Assembly (NCBI GenBank): GCA_041641305.1
Contig: JBEPYN010000002.1
Span: forward strand, 256,001 to 320,000
From: Nitrososphaerota archaeon
GTDB taxonomy: Archaea; Thermoproteota; Nitrososphaeria_A; Caldarchaeales; Caldarchaeaceae
DNA length: 64,000 nucleotides
Direction of reading: 5' to 3'
Shown: positions 28,499-37,537 of the stretch, in pieces
How the letters are laid out: each line of letters starts with the position of its first letter
How positions within the stretch are numbered: the stretch's first letter is position 1
Notes under the pieces: model-generated
The model's database searches: none
Seen by the model: only the letters and a program-made list of their open reading frames with translations
Told to the model about the DNA's origin: nothing
Position numbers and translations under genes: made by a program

Positions 28499-29566
28499 AT
28501 GCGTTCAGCAACCATTTTACTGGCCGCCAGCATCGTTTTAGCCATGTTGTTTACAGTTACTGCTCAGACGGGGGACCCATGTATCACAACGGATAAGCGG
28601 ATAAACCTCGCCGAGGAAAGTCTACCGCCGATACAGTCCAAGCTCGAGGGAAGGCTGCGAGAGGATTTCTACAGGTTTGAGAACCTGAGGCCCGGAGAGA
28701 GGCTTGTCCTCAAGGTAACCGTCACGACAAACACCTCGACAGGGCTAAACACGTTGCTGATGTGGGAGATAAAACCCAACCAATTCACCCGCGTAGGCGG
28801 TGAACAAACAATCCAGTCAGGCGGCCCACTTGACTATGTTTACGCCTGGACACACACAAACTTCGGCGACAACACACCCACCACGCTCTGCTTCAAAATA
28901 GGCATCTTCTCCGAAGCGAGACCCGCCAAAGCAGACTACGTCATCACACTGGGGCTCGAGCGGTTCATGGACACAGGGGGAAAAGAAGCCCCCGACAAAC
29001 TAGAGAAAGCGACGTCGATAGGCATGTTGAGGACAGGTGAAACAACCATAGTTTCAGGCTATTTGACCAACTCAAACGACGGACTTGACTACGTCGACAT
29101 ATACGTCTTTACGGCGGCGCTGGGAAAAGGGAAACAGTTGACCGCAACCCTTACTACACAGCCGGGAAACATCTACGAGTTCGCCATCCTAGACCAGACA
29201 GGCTACGGACTCAGAAGCAATAGAACAAACGCGAACGGAGAGGCTGCGGTGACTCTGGAAACAGAGGATACAGGTGAGAAGACCTACTACGTCAGGGTCG
29301 CGAACCAGGGCGGAGTAGGTGGAGGAGGCGCCTACACCATATCCCTGGACATAAAGGAGGTCACCACGTCCACAACCGCTGCAACAACAACAAAGACAAC
29401 CGTAGAAACAACCACAGAGCTCGCCTCGCCCAGCCTATCACGTGAAACAGCCCAGCTCATAGTCTACGGCACAGCAACAGGCATAGCCGTCCTCGCAGTC
29501 GCAGCAACCGTCATAATGAGGAGAAGAAGCCAAACCATCGTCGTCGAAGAAAACCAGTGGTACTAA
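28499..29566 (+). CDS. Secreted, C-terminally anchored surface protein with PPC-like beta domains and a Thr-rich stalk
   Basis: Signal peptide; DYVDIYVF..TYYVRV..GAYTISL; TTSTTAATTTKTT linker; TM plus RRR. Confidence 0.75.
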   Translation: MRSATILLAASIVLAMLFTVTAQTGDPCITTDKRINLAEESLPPIQSKLEGRLREDFYRFENLRPGERLVLKVTVTTNTSTGLNTLLMWEIKPNQFTRVGGEQTIQSGGPLDYVYAWTHTNFGDNTPTTLCFKIGIFSEARPAKADYVITLGLERFMDTGGKEAPDKLEKATSIGMLRTGETTIVSGYLTNSNDGLDYVDIYVFTAALGKGKQLTATLTTQPGNIYEFAILDQTGYGLRSNRTNANGEAAVTLETEDTGEKTYYVRVANQGGVGGGGAYTISLDIKEVTTSTTAATTTKTTVETTTELASPSLSRETAQLIVYGTATGIAVLAVAATVIMRRRSQTIVVEENQWY

Positions 29567-29898
29567 ATCTTCAAAATGTTGCGGCCAATTTTCGTGAAAT
29601 AGTGCTCAGCCTCCTCGGACCTGACGATGTGGAGCTCGAAGGGATGGTAGACGGGGAGGCCGGCGGCCCTTTCAATCTCCACCTTCAAAGCACCCCGTTC
29701 AAGCATCGACTCGGGAACCCTGTCTGAGACAACCAAGACATCCACATCGCTCGACGCCACATAATCACCTGAGACAACGCTGCCGAACACATACACATCC
29801 GCATCCCCCAAAACCCTCCTAACAGCCTCCGCCACCACGCCGACAAATTCTCTCCAACGCCTCAGCATCTCAGCCCTTCTAAGAGCAGTCTCCATCAT
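29563..29898 (-). CDS. Minimal nucleotidyltransferase (MNT)
   Basis: VYVFGSVVSGDYVASSDVDVLVV (GSx10DxD), PFELH. Confidence 0.9.
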   Translation of the reverse strand: MMETALRRAEMLRRWREFVGVVAEAVRRVLGDADVYVFGSVVSGDYVASSDVDVLVVSDRVPESMLERGALKVEIERAAGLPVYHPFELHIVRSEEAEHYFTKIGRNILKI

Positions 29899-30296
29899 GC
29901 CAGAAAACCCGCCACACCGTCAACAAGGCGAAACAACTCGCGGACAACCCCTAAAAACTCCACGGCATCCATCTCCGAATACTCCTTCGGAAAATACCTC
30001 GCCATAATGTAGACATCCTCCAAGCTTGAGAGAACGGTTCTCCTCTCTTCGCCAAACCTCCAAAGCTCATCGTTTCTCGAGGCCTCTGCCAGTTCCCACA
30101 CGAGACACCTCAGGCTAAGAGTCCTGCTATATTCTCCGACGAGTTTGAGGAGAGCGGCCTTGAGATAAAGCTGGGCAGCCTGCTCCAGCATGAAACACGC
30201 CAAATCATACTTCTTCTCCGCAATCGCTTTCTCAGCCATGGCAAGGAAATCTACACCTCTGCGCCTCAACACCTCTACCTCATCCCGCCTAACCAT
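29895..30296 (-). CDS. HEPN domain protein
   Basis: YDLACFMLEQAAQLYLKA, YIMARY; ATGA overlap with MNT. Confidence 0.88.
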   Translation of the reverse strand: MVRRDEVEVLRRRGVDFLAMAEKAIAEKKYDLACFMLEQAAQLYLKAALLKLVGEYSRTLSLRCLVWELAEASRNDELWRFGEERRTVLSSLEDVYIMARYFPKEYSEMDAVEFLGVVRELFRLVDGVAGFLA

Positions 30297-30350
30297 CCCA
30301 ACGAATCATTCTGCAGCAGCCTAATAAGTAGTCCATGCATATGAAAATCT

Positions 30351-30779
30351 ATGAGCATGTCCCGGGCGGGGTTTCGCCAGCTCCCACACATGGCCGACAT
30401 CTACATCGAGGCATATGGATCATCGTTGGAGGAGGCGTTTGAGCAGGCTGGTCTCGCCCTCTTCAAAACGCTTGTCCTAAACGCGTCGGAGAAAACTGTC
30501 TCGGCAACAGTCGAGGCCCGTGGACAAGACCTCATGGAGCTCCTATACGACTGGCTCGAAAAACTCCTCCACAAATTCGAGATAGACAACATAGTCGCCA
30601 CAGAGATAAAAGTCAACAGAATCATGAGAAACGGAGAATACAGGCTCGAGGCCACACTATGGGGAGAACCCTACAACAGAGAAAAACACCAGACAGGCAC
30701 AGCCGTGAAATCACCAACCTACGCGTTGATGGAGATAGACACGGAGAAAAACACTGTACGCTTCGTCCTCGACATATAA
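30351..30779 (+). CDS. Archease
   Basis: HMADIYIEAYGSSLEEAF, LLYDWLE, VKSPTY, C-terminal FVLDI. Confidence 0.92.
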   Translation: MSMSRAGFRQLPHMADIYIEAYGSSLEEAFEQAGLALFKTLVLNASEKTVSATVEARGQDLMELLYDWLEKLLHKFEIDNIVATEIKVNRIMRNGEYRLEATLWGEPYNREKHQTGTAVKSPTYALMEIDTEKNTVRFVLDI

Positions 30780-30824
30780 CGTTCCCGACGCAGGAGCATA
30801 GAGATAAAGCCTCGGCAGATAGCC

Positions 30825-31679
30825 ATGCAACAGGCCTCCGGCATGAAAACCTTCGCGGTTTTTCTTCCACATTCTTTCACGGCTGAGGTGCCCAGCTTCC
30901 GAGAAGCCACCATGAAGATCGGGTTCGTCGGCAGAGTTCTCGCCACTTTCAGAGTTGATGAGCTTGTTCTCTACCCAGACGAGCCCGGGGCCCCGCGTCT
31001 ACGAAACGCTCAGCTGATAAAGGAGCTTCTCGACTACCTGGTAACAGCACCCTACCTACGCTCCAAAATCTACCCTCTTAAGCCGAGCCTCCGCTACGCA
31101 GGCCTCCTGCCGCCGCTCAACATACCCACACACCCCGAGGCAGAAGCGTTGAAAAAAGAGGGAACACACTATAGGCAGGCACTTGTCACGGCGTCGGGGC
31201 AGACATCACTCCTCGAGGCCGGCATGGGCAAGCCGCTGAAAATCTCCCGAAAGCTTCCAAAAAACACGATAGTAACACTACGAGTGAAAGTTAAGGAGGG
31301 CCGAATCAAGTACGCGGTTGTAGGAAAAAAATCAGGCGAAACATACACAGGGTTCAGGACACGTGTCGTCAAGAGCATCGAAGAAGCCCTCAAACCCTAC
31401 AGCTTCAGGCTCGCAACCTCGCGCCTCGGTGAACCAATCAACAAGGTCTACACACTGGTCGCCCAACAGCTAAGAGAATCAACCAAAACATGCATCGTCC
31501 TCGGAGCAGCCGACAAAGGCCTCCACGAAATAGCGCAAGCCCACGGACTCGATTACAGCAGCCTCTTCACACTAACCGTCAACACAGCACCCAACCAAGG
31601 CGTCAAAACAATCAGAACAGAAGAAGCCCTCGCATACACCCTCGCAATACTCAACCTCGCAAAAACATTAACCATATAA
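30825..31679 (+). CDS. SPOUT-family RNA methyltransferase (DUF171/C9orf114-like)
   Basis: FRVDE, YLVTAPYLR, YAGLLPPLNIPTH, NTAPNQGVKTIRTEEA. Confidence 0.88.
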   Translation: MQQASGMKTFAVFLPHSFTAEVPSFREATMKIGFVGRVLATFRVDELVLYPDEPGAPRLRNAQLIKELLDYLVTAPYLRSKIYPLKPSLRYAGLLPPLNIPTHPEAEALKKEGTHYRQALVTASGQTSLLEAGMGKPLKISRKLPKNTIVTLRVKVKEGRIKYAVVGKKSGETYTGFRTRVVKSIEEALKPYSFRLATSRLGEPINKVYTLVAQQLRESTKTCIVLGAADKGLHEIAQAHGLDYSSLFTLTVNTAPNQGVKTIRTEEALAYTLAILNLAKTLTI

Positions 31680-31705
31680 TACGCATACAACAACCATGGA
31701 TAGGT

Positions 31706-31803
31706 GCCGGGGTACCCAAGCCAGGATAAGGGGCGGGCCTTGAGACATGACGGGAAAGCCCGTGGCCGCACAGGCCTCGTGGGTTCAAATCCCACCCCCG
31801 GCG
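31706..31803 (+). tRNA. tRNA-Ser(TGA) with a 12-nt intron at 37/38 (31745-31756)
   Basis: GCCGGGG/CCCCGGC acceptor, CGGGC/GCCCG anticodon stem, long variable arm, TTCAAAT loop, G discriminator. Confidence 0.92.
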
Positions 31804-32258
31804 TAATTAATTAGTATGAACCCAACTCTATCATAGAACCTCTCATTGAATAATTTGCTGATAGTCAGGTAATATGTATGTTTCTCCCGTTTGTATGGTT
31901 TTCCTGATATCGGGTCCTTCAAAGGAGTTCCAGCTGGACTACGTATCTTCGGATGTTTCTGGGTCGTTCTTATTCCCAGCCTAAGGAGAACTCTTCTAAC
32001 ATAGCACAACAGCTCATAGTCGGTGTTATAAACAGTGATCTGACCATGTTTACTTATGCTCCCTTCGCTGTCGAAGAATCCTCTTAGAAACGCTCCCATA
32101 CATTCGTCAGAATATTCGATGAAGGGCCTTAACCTCTTCAGTTTCAAAGGCTTTCTAAGCAACTCATAGAGAGTCTTCGACCCAACCCCAACAATCCATC
32201 TACCATCTTTGTTTATTCTTGGTTTTGGAGGCTCTCTTCCGAGAACTTCAGCTACCTT
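31804..32258 (-). pseudogene. Truncated LAGLIDADG homing-endonuclease-like gene fragment
   Basis: AFLRGFFDSEGS..VYNTDYELL..LLRLGI..FYDRVGF. The 5' end is lost and the 3' end runs into the tRNA; AT-richer than flanks. Boundaries approximate. Confidence 0.78.
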
Positions 32259-32804
32259 GGGAAGGAGCTTGAGCTGGCCGGCTACGTGAGAAACGAAAAA
32301 GACGGAGCCGTTACAATCTTCGTCCAGGGAGATGAAAAGACGCTCCACATGTTCTTGGAGGCTTTGAAGACCCCGCCTCCCCAGCAAAAGTGAAAAAGAT
32401 AGAGCAAGCCGAGACACGGCCCAGGCCAAACCTCAAACACTTCCAAATACGCTACAATAAACTGGCCGACGAGCTTCAGGAAGGCTTCGGAGCCATGCAG
32501 ACAACATTCTTGACATATTGGGAAGAATTCCGAGAATTCAGAAATGAATTTCGGGACTTTAGAAACGAGTTCAGAGATTTCCGGAACGAGTTCCGGGATT
32601 ATCGGGCGGAGTTCAGAGAATTCGTAAACCGGATGGATGATTTTGTTGAGAGGGTTTACTAGGGTTTTGGAGGTTTTGACGGAGCAGAGTAAGAGGAGTG
32701 TGGAGATTTTGGAGGTTGTCGCACGTGACTTGAGGGAGACGCGTGAGATGCTGGTGGAGGCCATGAGGATGCTGAGAGAGGTTGCAGGCAAAGCGAGCAC
32801 GTGA
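32256..32804 (+). pseudogene. 5'-truncated, doubly frameshifted acylphosphatase + heptad-repeat coiled-coil fusion
   Basis: LAGYVRNEKDGAVTIFVQG..FQIRY acylphosphatase motifs. Frameshifts at C-run 32379-32382 and G-run 32652-32654; ends ..VAGKAST* at 32804. Confidence 0.75.
32525..32623 (+). repeat. Degenerate 21-bp tandem repeat encoding (E/D)FRNEFR heptads
   Basis: EFRNEFR-DFRNEFR-DFRNEFR-DYRAEFR. Confidence 0.85.
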
Positions 32805-32859
32805 ACCTGTTTTCACGGCTTTGGACAAACATAATATATGATGTGTTTGCGCTCTCTTT

Positions 32860-33867
32860 GTGAAGGCCGCTGTTCTACGCGGTGCCTTTAATGTCGCTGT
32901 TGAGGATGTTGAGGTTCCCGAGTGTGGGTGTGACGCGGTTCTTGTACGTGTGAAAGCCTGTGGAGTCTGCCCAGTTGACGTAAGGACATATACGGGAGAG
33001 AGTATCTGGGTTTCTCTTCCGGCGGTCGGTGTCTCGGGTCACGAGGTTGCTGGCGTTGTTGAGAAGGTGGGTGAAAACGTTTCTGTGCTCAAGCCCGGTG
33101 ACAGGGTTGCGGGAACTCTCTCAAAACCATGTGGAACATGCCGCTACTGTGTCAAAGGCTATGAAAACCTCTGCATCAACCCGCATATGCCCAAGGTCTT
33201 CGGTTTCGCAGAATACGTTGTCGCCTATCCAGGCTATGTTCAACGTTTTAGGGAATCGGTTGATTTTGAGGAGGCGGCTTTTACAGAGCCTTTGGCCGCG
33301 TGCATCAACTGTGTCGAGCGGTCAGGTCTACATCCGGGTGACTGGGCGCTTGTCGTCGGTGTGGGGCAGATAGGGTTGCTGCAGGTCCAGCTGCTCAAGC
33401 TGAAGGGCGCCTCGGTGGCTGCTGTGGACTATTCGGAGGAGAGGCTGAAGCTTGCGGAGAATTTCGGCGCCGACTATGTCGTCAACGCATCCGAGAAGAA
33501 TATCGTGGAACGTTTGCGGAGGGAGATGGGCGATGGCGCCGACTTTGTGACCGTAACTGTTGGTGAGAGGGAGGCCGTGGAAACAGGTTTCAGCTGCCTC
33601 GCTAAACGAGGCGTGTTAAACATTTTTGCATCGCTTCACGGCGGAGTGCCGGAGCTGAACCTCAACAAGCTCCACTTCGGCGAATACACGTTAACAGGAA
33701 CATACGCAAGCACACGCAGCCACATAAACAGAGCCATCCAACTTATCGAAAAGAAATTGGTGAAGGTCAAGCCTCTGATAACACATAGGCTTCCTCTTGA
33801 GAAGCTTGTCGACGGATTCAACATCCACAGCGAGAGGAAAGGTGTTAAGGTTGTCGTTTTCCCGTAG
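32860..33867 (+). CDS. Zn-dependent medium-chain alcohol/polyol dehydrogenase
   Basis: CGVC, GHE, CxxCxxC..C structural Zn site, GVGQIG. Confidence 0.9.
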   Translation: MKAAVLRGAFNVAVEDVEVPECGCDAVLVRVKACGVCPVDVRTYTGESIWVSLPAVGVSGHEVAGVVEKVGENVSVLKPGDRVAGTLSKPCGTCRYCVKGYENLCINPHMPKVFGFAEYVVAYPGYVQRFRESVDFEEAAFTEPLAACINCVERSGLHPGDWALVVGVGQIGLLQVQLLKLKGASVAAVDYSEERLKLAENFGADYVVNASEKNIVERLRREMGDGADFVTVTVGEREAVETGFSCLAKRGVLNIFASLHGGVPELNLNKLHFGEYTLTGTYASTRSHINRAIQLIEKKLVKVKPLITHRLPLEKLVDGFNIHSERKGVKVVVFP

Positions 33868-34498
33868 AGGCCTGTATCATCCAAGGTGTCCATGCGCTGC
33901 CGAGAGCACGTGTTTTCTGGATGGCCTTTAGCAGTAGAATGGTGGGGACGAGGCTGAACCCCATGTGTAAGATGTTGTAGACGGCTGTGAACACCAGCAC
34001 GAGGAAGAACCCAGTCTGTCCTGTTGAGATATCCATCCCAAGGAAAGCTCCGAGCAGGGTTGTGGCGAGGCCGAGGAACTCGGGGAAAAGTATGAGAAGG
34101 ATGACGTAGTTTGCGGCTGTCATGGCCAAGACCCGTAACACGGTCCCCAGCAGAGTTCCGGCGGCGAGCATGGGTTTGAACCCTCTTGCGTAAACCATTC
34201 TCGAGCCCAGCCAGAACCCGAGCAGAGAAGAGGCAACAGCCAGAAACTTCATCGTCGGCCCCACGGGAGTGAACTCTCCAACAGCCAGCAGAACAAAGTA
34301 GTAGACGAGGTTGGTTATGAGAGCTGGCAGCGGGCCGAAGCCGAGGAGGGAGATGAACACAGGTATCTCCGCGGGGTCAAACCTCAGATAAGGTATGGGG
34401 GGAAATGGGAAGCTCAGCGGCAGGAAAGCAAGGATAAGAGCAAGAGCAGCCATGGCAGCACCCGAAGTAATCGTCCTAGTCCCCAGCATACACTTCAT
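33845..34498 (-). CDS. ECF transporter S component (RibU-like)
   Basis: FPFPPIPYLRFDPAEIPV..GFGP; multiple TM segments. Confidence 0.8.
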   Translation of the reverse strand: MKCMLGTRTITSGAAMAALALILAFLPLSFPFPPIPYLRFDPAEIPVFISLLGFGPLPALITNLVYYFVLLAVGEFTPVGPTMKFLAVASSLLGFWLGSRMVYARGFKPMLAAGTLLGTVLRVLAMTAANYVILLILFPEFLGLATTLLGAFLGMDISTGQTGFFLVLVFTAVYNILHMGFSLVPTILLLKAIQKTRALGSAWTPWMIQASTGKRQP

Positions 34499-34598
34499 GG
34501 ACGCTGCGTCAGGATTTAAAGCTCTCGAGAAAACTCAAGCAATTGTAGCGAGTGCTCCAGTGTTTCAACTTAAATAACTGTCGGCGAAAAATCTGGAC

Positions 34599-35762
34599 AT
34601 GGACAAGAAAGCTGCAGACGTTATGATGACCGATTTTGTATCCGTGTTGGATGATGAGCCTTTTACAAAGGTTATTGGCTTATTCGCTGACAAGAAGCTT
34701 GATGTAGTGGTTGTGAAGGATGGCCGCTCCGGCAGGCTGGTGGGTGTTGTGACGAAGAGGGCCGCCCTATGGCCCAACGTCAACCCAACAAAGGTGCTGG
34801 CCCGCACCGTCGCTGTGAAAACCCCCAAAATAACTCCGGAGAACACTCTTCCACACGTGGCCGCCGCCATGGTTGAGAAAAACCTGCGGGCCATGCCCGT
34901 CACAGAGGCCGGTAAACCGGTCGGACTCGTGGCAGCCGCGGACCTAATACTAAACTCGCGAGAAATTCTCAAAAACCTAACTGTCCAGAAAATCATGACA
35001 AAAGACGTCATCACAATAAACGCCGACGACACCATAGGGAAAGCGGTCTCCATCATGCGTGACCAAGGTGTCTCGAGGCTCCCAGTAGTCAACAACGGCT
35101 ACCTCGTCGGTATAGTGACGGTCACGGATATCGCGGAGAAGATTATCAAGCCGAGGGCGAGGGCTTCGCTGGGTGAGGTCGCTGGCGAGAAGGTGCGGAC
35201 GCTCAGCAACCCTGTGAGGAGCATTATGACACGTGAGGTGGTGACGGCCCGTGGAAACGAGACAGTTGTCGAGGCGGTTGAGAGGATGAAGCAGTACGGG
35301 TTCTCATGTTTGGTTGTGACGGAGAGAAACCGTGTGGTGGGCATAGTTACCTTGATGGATGCGCTTTCACCCATAGCGAGAACAGCTGAAGAGCAGCAGA
35401 ACAACATAGTCATCGAGGTGAGCTACAAAATGAGCAGAATAGACATCGAGGACAAGGAGAGAGTAATGGATGTCGCGAACAAGTTTGTGCAAAGGTTTAG
35501 AAAAGCACTCGGCACAGGCGTCCTCACGCTTTACTTCAAGGAGCATAGAGAAAAACACGGAGACATGAGACTAATACACTGCAGGGCCCGTCTTAACTCC
35601 GACCGACACCAGTTCGTCGGCGTCGGCGAAGCATGGCGAGCAGACCTCGCCGCACGAGCAGCCCTCAAAACAATCGAGCGCCAATTCCTCATAAAGAAAG
35701 AGCTTGCTTCACGGTATCCGCTCGGGCCCGAGTTCCTCATGAGCCTCGCCGAATACTATTGA
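34599..35762 (+). CDS. Four-CBS-domain protein with C-terminal HPF/RaiA-like domain (candidate ribosome hibernation factor)
   Basis: Two CBS pairs (IMTKDV..SRLPVV..LVGIVT; IMTREV..VVGIVT). The last about 110 aa fit an HPF-like pattern ending ALKTIERQ. Confidence 0.7.
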   Translation: MDKKAADVMMTDFVSVLDDEPFTKVIGLFADKKLDVVVVKDGRSGRLVGVVTKRAALWPNVNPTKVLARTVAVKTPKITPENTLPHVAAAMVEKNLRAMPVTEAGKPVGLVAAADLILNSREILKNLTVQKIMTKDVITINADDTIGKAVSIMRDQGVSRLPVVNNGYLVGIVTVTDIAEKIIKPRARASLGEVAGEKVRTLSNPVRSIMTREVVTARGNETVVEAVERMKQYGFSCLVVTERNRVVGIVTLMDALSPIARTAEEQQNNIVIEVSYKMSRIDIEDKERVMDVANKFVQRFRKALGTGVLTLYFKEHREKHGDMRLIHCRARLNSDRHQFVGVGEAWRADLAARAALKTIERQFLIKKELASRYPLGPEFLMSLAEYY

Positions 35763-35929
35763 CCCTTCAACATCTCGAGATAATCCTCCAAAGACATCTC
35801 GATAACAAGCGCCCCAACATATCCACACGACCTGCAAAAATACATCTTCCCCAGATAACCTCCGAGATAGAGGTCGAGGCCCGTTTTCTTACAGACCGGG
35901 CACAGCTGAACCGATTTCTCCCTCGTCAC
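35756..35929 (-). CDS. Small Zn-ribbon protein (57 aa), absent from the ORF track
   Basis: MTREKSVQLCPVCKKTGLDLYLGGYLGKMYFCRSCGYVGALVIEMSLEDYLEMLKGQ; GTGA overlap with the mrp stop. Confidence 0.8.
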   Translation of the reverse strand: MTREKSVQLCPVCKKTGLDLYLGGYLGKMYFCRSCGYVGALVIEMSLEDYLEMLKGQ

Positions 35930-36999
35930 TTTGTTCCAGCCTTCGCCGCTCCAGAGGCATGTGCAAGAACGCTTATCTTAGCCGCGATTTTCTTAGCGGC
36001 CTCTTCGAAGGCCTTAGCCGCTGGAGAAGACGGAGCAGCCAAGACTATTGGGATGCCATGGTCATGGTTTACCGAAACCTCGGGAGACATGGGGATTCTG
36101 CCCAAAACCTCGACATCAAGCTCCGCCGCCATCTTTTCGGTGTGGCTCTCGCCGAAGAGGTTGGTCTCTTTACCGCATTCGGGGCAGACATAGTAGCTCA
36201 TGTTCTCGACGATTCCTATGATTGTCACTCCAAGTCTCCTAAACATTCTTAGAGCCTTTGCGGCAATCACGGATGCAGCCTGCTGGGGTGTGGTTACTAT
36301 GACGACGCCGGTGAGAGGAATGGTTTGGGCGAGAGTAAGAGACGCGTCGCCTGTGCCCGGCGGTAGGTCGACTATGAGATAATCCAGCTCACCCCACTGC
36401 GCCTCGGTAAGAAGCTGCTTAACCGCGCTGGCTACGAGAGGGCCTCTCCAGATAACAGCCGTGCCCTCATCGACGAAAAGCCCAAGCGACATCACCTTAA
36501 TGCCCAGCATCATCTTAGCGGGCTCCACTTTCTTATCGGGCCTTAGACGAGGAGGCTCAACAATCTTAACGATTTTCGGGATGGTGGGGCCGTAGATGTC
36601 GGCGTCGACGAGTCCAACCTTGGCCCCTGCCATGGCGAGGCTGCATGCGAGGTTGATGGCAACCGTCGTCTTCCCCACACCTCCCTTACCGCTCGCCACA
36701 GCCACCACGTTACGCACATCCGGAAAATCTGCGCCCAGAGGCTTCGCAGACCACACACGCGCCGTAACCCGCATGTCAATAGACCTTACTCCAGGAAGGT
36801 TCTCCACAGCCGCCCGAGCGCTCTCCTCAATAGACTTGTTATAGGGACACGCCGGAGTCGTGAGCTCAAGAGTAAAACTCACCTCACCATCCTTGACAAC
36901 CAGATTCTTAATCATCCCTAAAGTCACAATGTCTATCTTCAGATCAGGGTCAATGACCTGACGCAACGCATTCAGGACAGTCTGCTCATCAATCAACAA
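35926..36999 (-). CDS. mrp: Mrp/ApbC/Nbp35 Fe-S cluster carrier ATPase with N-terminal DUF59
   Basis: VIDPDL..LTTPACP; SGKGGVGKT; DADIYGP; DLPPGTGD; ENMS..CPEC. Confidence 0.92.
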   Translation of the reverse strand: MLIDEQTVLNALRQVIDPDLKIDIVTLGMIKNLVVKDGEVSFTLELTTPACPYNKSIEESARAAVENLPGVRSIDMRVTARVWSAKPLGADFPDVRNVVAVASGKGGVGKTTVAINLACSLAMAGAKVGLVDADIYGPTIPKIVKIVEPPRLRPDKKVEPAKMMLGIKVMSLGLFVDEGTAVIWRGPLVASAVKQLLTEAQWGELDYLIVDLPPGTGDASLTLAQTIPLTGVVIVTTPQQAASVIAAKALRMFRRLGVTIIGIVENMSYYVCPECGKETNLFGESHTEKMAAELDVEVLGRIPMSPEVSVNHDHGIPIVLAAPSSPAAKAFEEAAKKIAAKISVLAHASGAAKAGTK

Positions 37000-37036
37000 T
37001 ATATGGAGTTAGATGATGCTCTTATATTTTGTCTTC

Positions 37037-37534
37037 TCACAAAACTTGTTTCAACGCCTTCCACGCGGCGTCATCGATGTGGTGAAGATTTTTCACCACT
37101 TTTCCTTTCGCGAGGGCCGAGGCTTTTTCGGAGCTCATCAACGCCTGCCCAACTGCCAAGGGTTTCGAGTGAGTGATGTCGCGGACGACCACTTCGTCAC
37201 CCGCTTGGAAAACATCCATTCTCACTATGCCGGGCCTCATGACATCGGCTCCTGAAGCAACCCGAGGCACCGCACCCATGTCAACCCAAACCGATGCAAG
37301 TCTATCGATAAGAGGCTTGTTAACGTCGACAAGCGCGGGAACAACCCACTCATTACCCACCACAAAGAAAAACCCCGCCACAGACAACACCATCACATCT
37401 TCTAACTCGACAGCATCTACACCACGCTTCAAAACCTTTTTCACATTCACATCACCCAAGAAAACCCTGAGCCGAGGCAGCAAAGCTTCAAATTCCGAAG
37501 CAGACAAACTCCCACGCTTCAAACAAACACCCAA
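37037..37534 (-). CDS. PUA-domain RNA-binding protein (MCT-1/Tma20-like)
   Basis: VDMGAVPRVASGADVMRPGI, KGKVVKNLHHIDD. Confidence 0.85.
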   Translation of the reverse strand: MGVCLKRGSLSASEFEALLPRLRVFLGDVNVKKVLKRGVDAVELEDVMVLSVAGFFFVVGNEWVVPALVDVNKPLIDRLASVWVDMGAVPRVASGADVMRPGIVRMDVFQAGDEVVVRDITHSKPLAVGQALMSSEKASALAKGKVVKNLHHIDDAAWKALKQVL

Positions 37535-37537
37535 TCC

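Noticed and set aside
31777-31799. Sequence shared with the tRNA-Leu 3' part (about 57781-57803) as attL/attR of a 26-kb element
   Set aside because: Both copies are the conserved T-arm/acceptor of complete, different tRNAs. The interval holds housekeeping genes and no integrase.
31785-32429. 214-aa ORF as an intact homing endonuclease
   Set aside because: Its N-terminal part is antisense to the acylphosphatase remnant and its end reads into the tRNA.
32525-32623. Possible CRISPR array
   Set aside because: Contiguous, codon-degenerate 21-bp units with no spacers; no cas genes nearby.
35633-36193. 186-aa + strand ORF
   Set aside because: Overlaps three better-supported genes (CBS protein, Zn-ribbon, mrp).
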